This document shows, piece after piece, positions 58,510-64,000 of a DNA stretch of 64,000 bases (positions are counted from its first letter, which is position 1; each line of letters opens with the position of its first letter). The notes beneath the pieces are model-generated. The model made no database searches, was not told where the DNA came from, and saw only the letters and a list, made by a program, of their open reading frames with translations. The stretch is taken from contig CAYPVH010000006.1 in NCBI GenBank assembly GCA_964414145.1, positions 16,357 through 80,356 of the forward strand. The letters run 5' to 3'. A program made the translations under genes and the position numbers. This stretch comes from an uncultured Gammaproteobacteria bacterium (lineage in GTDB: Bacteria > Patescibacteriota > Microgenomatia > UBA1406).

Positions 58510-60282
58510 ATGACATTAAACTTTCTTAATAAATTAAATAGTGAACAAAAAAAAGCTGTTAGTTATACCGGCGGACCATCAATAGTCTTGGCCGGAGCCG
58601 GTTCTGGAAAAACCAGGGTGCTAACCTACAAAGCAATGTATTACCTAATGCAGGAAAAGGTGAATCCCGAAAATATACTCATGTTAACCTTCACTAACAA
58701 AGCGGCAGATGAGATGAAAAACAGAATTATTAGATATATCGACCACGAGTATAATCCAGAAGTAATTACCGCAACAACATTCCATTCCTTCAGTTGCAGA
58801 ATGCTTCGTAGATTCGGAAATACTAAAGGGAATCGGGATTTTGCAATCTTTGACAGTCAGGACCAACAAAGTTTGGTTAAAGAAATTGTTAAGGACAGCC
58901 AATTTAAAATTAAAATCAGCCCCAATTCGTTGCTTTACAAAATATCGGAATTTAAGAATAGATTAATACTGCCCGATGAACTAATTAAAAACAGTGAAGA
59001 TATAATGCAGGAAGTTATTGCACAACTATACCTAGAGTACAATAAAAGACTGATTAACATGAATGCCCTAGACTTTGACGACTTACTTCTTGAAATGGTT
59101 ACCCTGCTTAGCGATAAACCAAAAATTTTAAAAGATGTTCAGGAAAAATACAGATACCTACTAATCGATGAGTATCAAGACACCAATCACGCCCAGTACT
59201 TAATTGCCAAAAAAATTGCTGAGGAGAAACAAAATATAACTATTGTTGGCGATTTTTCGCAAAGTATTTATTCTTGGCGAGGAGCCGACTTTGAAAACCT
59301 GGAAAAATTTAGACGAGATTTTAATAATACACAAGTTTTCAATTTAGAACAAAATTACCGTAGTTCCCAACCTATTCTGGATTTTGCCTATTCTTTGATT
59401 TCCAAAAATGTAACCCACCCAATACTAAAACTTTGGACCGAAAAAAAAGAAGGTAACGAAGTAATAATTTCGGTACTACGAAGTGCCGAGGAAGAAGCAC
59501 AATTTGTAGTTGGTAAAGCACAAGAACTAAATTTATCGGGTGAATATTCACTAAGTGATATGGCAATACTCTACCGAACCAATGCTCAGTCGAGGGTTAT
59601 TGAAGAAGCTTGTTTAAACCTAGGACTACCATATAAAATTTATGGCGGCTTTCGATTTTATGAACGAAAGGAAATTAAAGATATTCTGGCTTTTTTAAGG
59701 TACATGGTAAATAAAAAAGACAAGGTGTCTTTGTCTAGAATTTACAAGCTGGGAAAAAGAAGAGCAGAAAAAATTATTGAAGTAATAAACAAGCAAGACT
59801 TAAATAATTCACCACAAGTAATTATTCAAAATATATTAAAAGACTCGCCATATATGAGTATGTTTGATGAATACGATGAAGAAGACACCGCCCGAATTGA
59901 AAACATTCAAGAATTGGTTAACGTTTCGTATAATTTTAAAACTCTGACCGAATTTTTAGATACGGTAGTATTAATTGAAACCGGTTATGAATTTGATGAG
60001 GGCGACGACAACAGGTTAAGTATAATGACCTTGCATTCGGCCAAGGGTTTGGAATTTTCGACCGTTTTTATAGTTGGGGTTGAAGAAGGCATACTACCCC
60101 ATTCACGTTCTGTTAGTTCTTTGCAAGAACTTGAAGAAGAACGACGACTGTTTTATGTAGGAATTACCCGAGCTAAAAAGGAATTGTTTATTACTCACTG
60201 TGAACGCCGGTTTTTATATGGTCGGGTTCAGTATAATTCCCCTTCCCAGTTTTTAATTGAAACAGGGTATGTGGAGTATTAG
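58510..60282 (+). CDS. pcrA: UvrD/PcrA helicase
   Basis: AGAGSGKT, DEYQDTN, EQNYRS, TLHSAKGLEF, EERRLFYVGITRA. Confidence 0.93.
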   Translation: MTLNFLNKLNSEQKKAVSYTGGPSIVLAGAGSGKTRVLTYKAMYYLMQEKVNPENILMLTFTNKAADEMKNRIIRYIDHEYNPEVITATTFHSFSCRMLRRFGNTKGNRDFAIFDSQDQQSLVKEIVKDSQFKIKISPNSLLYKISEFKNRLILPDELIKNSEDIMQEVIAQLYLEYNKRLINMNALDFDDLLLEMVTLLSDKPKILKDVQEKYRYLLIDEYQDTNHAQYLIAKKIAEEKQNITIVGDFSQSIYSWRGADFENLEKFRRDFNNTQVFNLEQNYRSSQPILDFAYSLISKNVTHPILKLWTEKKEGNEVIISVLRSAEEEAQFVVGKAQELNLSGEYSLSDMAILYRTNAQSRVIEEACLNLGLPYKIYGGFRFYERKEIKDILAFLRYMVNKKDKVSLSRIYKLGKRRAEKIIEVINKQDLNNSPQVIIQNILKDSPYMSMFDEYDEEDTARIENIQELVNVSYNFKTLTEFLDTVVLIETGYEFDEGDDNRLSIMTLHSAKGLEFSTVFIVGVEEGILPHSRSVSSLQELEEERRLFYVGITRAKKELFITHCERRFLYGRVQYNSPSQFLIETGYVEY

Positions 60283-60457
60283 TAACTAAAAATCAAAAGT
60301 TAGAATAGAAAAAGAGAGTTTAAAGTATAAAATCAAGAGTTAAAAATTAGAGGAAAAAAAGTGAAAAATCAAATTCAAAATTCAAAGCACAACACAAATA
60401 CTATCTTTATTCACCTGATTGATCAACAACTTAGCAGTATTCTGTTATAATTTAGTT

Positions 60458-61819
60458 ATGATCGTACCTGTTAAACTGCTTTTAGCTCTGGTTTTGGGTG
60501 CTGTAATTGGTTTAGAGCGAGAAGCATATGAGCGCTTTCTAGTAGGCCAAGGCACAGTGGTTAAAAAAGATACCAGAGGCAGCTTAGGGGTGAGAACTTT
60601 TTCTTTAATCACCAGCCTCGGCGCACTTTCTGGGCTTTTGTACACAGAATTCTTTTCTTTGTTTTTGCTGATAAATATTACCTTTATGACACTTCTGATT
60701 TGTTACTATGTTGTTGGTAGTATATTTACCAAAGACAACGGCTTAACCACCGAAATAGCTATTATTTTTGCCTACCTTATTGGTTTATTGCTTGCCCTTG
60801 AAGTATTTCCAATACAAATCTTGCTTTCAATGACAATTGTATTAATACTTATTCTGTCTCAGAAAGAAGCAGTTCAAACTGCTATTTCCAACATTAAAAA
60901 ATTTGAAGTCCGGTCTTTTATTAGTTACGCTTTGATAGCTTTAGTTATTTTACCCTTTTTACCAAACACAATTTACAAAGTTGTTGATATTCCCGGAATT
61001 ACCACCATACTTAACGCTTATGGCATAAACATTGAAAACTTTATACAAACCGAATTATTTAATCCGTATAAACTGTGGTTTATTGTGGCTTTGATTACTG
61101 GAGTAGAAATACTTGGCTATGTACTTGAAAAAACCGTTGGTCAGAAAAAGGGTTGGTTATTTACCAGTATTGCTGGTGGTTTTGTTTCGTCAACTGCCGT
61201 AACACAGTCACTCGCCCAAAAAAGCAAAACAACAAATACCATCAATCAGCTGGTAGCAGCTGCAATTTTTTCTAAAATGGCTAGTTTTTTCCAGTTGTTT
61301 ATATTAATCGCTTCGGTTAATAGTTTATTTTTAGTTAGAAGTACCGGTTTTATTATCGCAATTATTTTAAGTAGTTTAATCATGGGATTATTTTTTTATT
61401 TTAAAAAAGAAACTAAAACATTAACTGACACAGACCTTGAGGAAACAAAGAAAAAACTAAACGAAAACCACAAAATTTTTTCTTTGAAACCAGCCTTAAA
61501 ATTTGCCTTCTTATTTTTAATTATTGGAATTGCGTCTAAAATTGCCTTATCTGTGTTTGGTGAGACCGGATTTATTGCTACTTCGGCGATAGCTTCCGTT
61601 ACCGGCTTAGACGCAGTAACATTAAACCTTTCCGACTTAGTTGGTAGTACAATTGGTTTTAACTTGGGGGTGCTAACACTAATTATCATTAATGCAGTTA
61701 ACTTGTTTGCCAAGGTATTTTATAGTTACTTTCAAGGAAAACGGGAATTTACTATCAAGCTGGGTTTATCGGTATTAGTTATTGTTGCCTCTAGCTTTTT
61801 GGGGCTATTGTTTGTTTAG
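60458..61819 (+). CDS. MgtC/SapB + DUF4010 membrane protein
   Basis: IGLERE, GVRTF, GLTTE, GGFVSSTAVT. Confidence 0.88.
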   Translation: MIVPVKLLLALVLGAVIGLEREAYERFLVGQGTVVKKDTRGSLGVRTFSLITSLGALSGLLYTEFFSLFLLINITFMTLLICYYVVGSIFTKDNGLTTEIAIIFAYLIGLLLALEVFPIQILLSMTIVLILILSQKEAVQTAISNIKKFEVRSFISYALIALVILPFLPNTIYKVVDIPGITTILNAYGINIENFIQTELFNPYKLWFIVALITGVEILGYVLEKTVGQKKGWLFTSIAGGFVSSTAVTQSLAQKSKTTNTINQLVAAAIFSKMASFFQLFILIASVNSLFLVRSTGFIIAIILSSLIMGLFFYFKKETKTLTDTDLEETKKKLNENHKIFSLKPALKFAFLFLIIGIASKIALSVFGETGFIATSAIASVTGLDAVTLNLSDLVGSTIGFNLGVLTLIIINAVNLFAKVFYSYFQGKREFTIKLGLSVLVIVASSFLGLLFV

Positions 61820-61821
61820 TT

Positions 61822-62454
61822 ATGATTGAAAAAGTAGATATATTAATTCCGCCCCTTTTTGAAAAAAGTGGTATTGTAAAAACAAAGAAGCAAGCATTAA
61901 TTGATCAAGACTGGTTGGGCAGCTTCCATTTATGGATTGTACAAACCAAGCCGTTCCACAGTATTCTTTTTCAGGAACGGAGCCAAGCTTCTACATTTGG
62001 TGGCAAACTAGATATTACCGCAGCGGGCCATTTAAGAGCAGGTGAAACCACCAAGGACGGCTTAAGAGAAGTAAAGGAAGAAATTGGAAAAGATTACAAA
62101 CTTAGTGACTTAACATATTTGGGAAGAAAAATCTTTGTTGGTATTGATAAAAGAGTTGGTAATATTCACACAATCAGTTCGGTATATATGTTAAAAGACA
62201 ACAGCCCCCTAAATACATTTAAACTTCAGAAATTGGAATTAAACGGCTTGTATAGAATAAAAATAAGCGATTTAATAAACGTGTTTACAAAAAAAGATTA
62301 CCGTTTTAGCACTCGTTTTATTGATAATAAAGGCATCTATGGAATGAAGGAATTAACAAGAGAAAATTTTATTGAAAATTGGGATAACTACCAGCTTAAA
62401 ATCGCCCATTTGGCAAAGAATTTTATGAAAGGAAAAAAAGATTTACATTATTAA
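61822..62454 (+). CDS. NUDIX hydrolase
   Basis: AAGHLRAGE...GLREVKEEIG Nudix box. Confidence 0.88.
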   Translation: MIEKVDILIPPLFEKSGIVKTKKQALIDQDWLGSFHLWIVQTKPFHSILFQERSQASTFGGKLDITAAGHLRAGETTKDGLREVKEEIGKDYKLSDLTYLGRKIFVGIDKRVGNIHTISSVYMLKDNSPLNTFKLQKLELNGLYRIKISDLINVFTKKDYRFSTRFIDNKGIYGMKELTRENFIENWDNYQLKIAHLAKNFMKGKKDLHY

Positions 62455-62471
62455 CTTAAATTAACACAAAT

Positions 62472-62801
62472 ATGGGAAGAATAAATTTTGACGACTTTAA
62501 GAAATTAGATATTCGAATTGGCACAATAACCGAAATTAAAAAGGTAGATGGAGCTGATAAATTACTTTGCTTGAAAGTAAATTTAGGAAACGAAGAACGG
62601 CAAATAGTTACCGGTATTTATGAGTTTTACCCAAACTATCAAGAGTTAGTTGGAAAACAAGTGCCAATATTAGCTAATCTCGAACCTCGAATTATACGTG
62701 GCTTGGAAAGTCAGGGAATGATATTGGCTGCAGATTCTGAAGACAAAGCAGTACTACTCTACCCCAGCGAAAAAGTAATCAGTGGCAGTAAAGTAAGATA
62801 G
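62472..62801 (+). CDS. tRNA-binding OB-fold protein (Trbp111/CsaA/MetG C-terminal-like)
   Basis: LDIRIG, ADKL, NLEPR, SQGMILAA. Confidence 0.9.
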   Translation: MGRINFDDFKKLDIRIGTITEIKKVDGADKLLCLKVNLGNEERQIVTGIYEFYPNYQELVGKQVPILANLEPRIIRGLESQGMILAADSEDKAVLLYPSEKVISGSKVR

Positions 62802-62813
62802 CCTTAAAGATAT

Positions 62814-63476
62814 TTATAAAACCTCTAGGCTATTTAGAACATTAGTGCTAATTTGTTTATAGTTAGCACTGTCTTGTGGTTGAATAACTTCTGTTATTTC
62901 AATTACTTGAGAGCTGGGTGAAATATAATAGTACCGACTTATACCCATTTCACCGTCTACTGTAAAAGTAAAGCCGGAATGACTACCAATATTAGTTGAG
63001 TTAACACTACTTACGCTTTCGGTTGTTTCCTGGCTTTGAATTTGAGTCCGTCTTTCATTAACAAACTCTTGTAGTGATTGATTGTTTTGGGGTTGATATG
63101 CATTAAAAATCAGAACCAGGCCATCTGTCAATTCGGTTTGTTGTTTTTGTTCTTCTCCTATAATACTAATTCGAAGATCACTCTCCGGTTGATTTTGATT
63201 AACTTCCGCGCCTGGTGGGTACATTACAGTAAGGTTAAGAGTATCTGAGGTAAGAGTTTGCCACCCCCGAGTTTGACCAGCGCCATTTGTTACTGCAGGA
63301 GTAAGTGGCGGTGTTCCTCGATTACGACCGGGTGGTATTATGGTGATTGCTTCGGTTGGACTAGGAACTGTATCATTATTATCCATTTGCTCTTGATTTT
63401 GATTAATCAATAGGGCAACTACAATAAGGAGTAACACCAAAATAGTAGCTCCCAATACTTGTTGTCTTCTATCCAT
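62814..63476 (-). CDS. Membrane-anchored PsbP-like protein
   Basis: N-terminal TM, Pro/Thr linker, WQT...YP, terminal VLNSL. Confidence 0.6.
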   Translation of the reverse strand: MDRRQQVLGATILVLLLIVVALLINQNQEQMDNNDTVPSPTEAITIIPPGRNRGTPPLTPAVTNGAGQTRGWQTLTSDTLNLTVMYPPGAEVNQNQPESDLRISIIGEEQKQQTELTDGLVLIFNAYQPQNNQSLQEFVNERRTQIQSQETTESVSSVNSTNIGSHSGFTFTVDGEMGISRYYYISPSSQVIEITEVIQPQDSANYKQISTNVLNSLEVL

Positions 63477-63553
63477 ACAAAAATATTATGGTATAAAACT
63501 GAAAGAGCTAAGTTAGAGAGAAGTAAATAAACAGTAAGGTGGTGCTGATTTTG

Positions 63554-64000
63554 TTATGTAAGAATGTATTTGGCACCCTTTGTTTTACCTATTTTTTTAA
63601 TCAACTTGTTTTCGATTAATTCACTCAAATCACGCAAAACCGTATCATCGGAAAAATCGGGAAAAAGCGAAGCAAAAGCTTTATTTTGCAAATAACCAAT
63701 TTCTTGAATGTATTCAATTATTTTGGTTTGTCGTTCGTTTAAAAAAACCTGGCGACCACCAAGCTTTTGTTTAAGATGAGTGTCTGAAGACAATTTCTGG
63801 ATTTTTGTTTTTATCTTTTCAAGCTCTGCCGCCAACCCTTGCACAAAATAATCAAGCCAAGGTGTTAAATCACCACTACCGGCTTTTTGTAAATATTGGT
63901 AATAGCGAAGCGGGTCTTTATCGAAATATTCCTCTAGCGAAAAAAAACGCCGAATATCGTAACCTTCACTGTAGAGTATTAATGTTGCTATTGCTCTTGC
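63554..64000 (-). CDS. Fic-family protein with C-terminal HTH (5' end outside window)
   Basis: Frame open to window edge: ARAIATLIL...SLEEYF...YY...DLTPWLDYF, LNERQ, RDLSEL. Confidence 0.8.
   Translation of the reverse strand, partial: ARAIATLILYSEGYDIRRFFSLEEYFDKDPLRYYQYLQKAGSGDLTPWLDYFVQGLAAELEKIKTKIQKLSSDTHLKQKLGGRQVFLNERQTKIIEYIQEIGYLQNKAFASLFPDFSDDTVLRDLSELIENKLIKKIGKTKGAKYILT

Noticed and set aside
11432-61713. Numerous 60-140 aa antisense or alternate-frame ORFs in the track
   Set aside because: Fully overlap well-supported genes and lack motifs.

Overview
AT-rich bacterial chromosome segment, standard genetic code. Gene content and style (archaeal-type UMP kinase, short TpiA, GT4/ArnT-like/O-antigen-ligase cluster, many near-leaderless starts) suggest a Patescibacteria (CPR, Microgenomates-like) genome; this is inference. 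About 4155-25307 is a tandem integration array at the 3' end of a minus-strand tRNA-Ser(CGA). Three copies of a 7-bp core (TGCGGAG) and two conserved arms (153 bp and 31 bp) delimit two units. One is a ~19.9-kb element with a large serine recombinase, ParB-methyltransferase, TerS-like HTH, XRE and defence-like cargo (PLD-SNF2 helicase + type IIG-like methyltransferase + HEPN-like, SIR2-like, TIGR02391-like, RHH fusion). The other is a 1245-bp recombinase-free one-gene cassette encoding a probable ADP-ribosyltransferase-fold protein. The SIR2-like gene is followed, in frame past its TGA, by an SSB-like acidic tail ending DDEIPF. 25.5-40.5 kb is a variable region (GH130 pair, surface proteins, nuclease, DUF2130, tdk, a nonsense pseudogene) with nested intergenic repeats. 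40.5-64 kb is housekeeping (dnaG, rpoD, recF, pyrH-methyltransferase fusion, recJ, CCA enzyme, glycosylation cluster, tpiA, pcrA). All product calls come from motif reading; no database searches were run.
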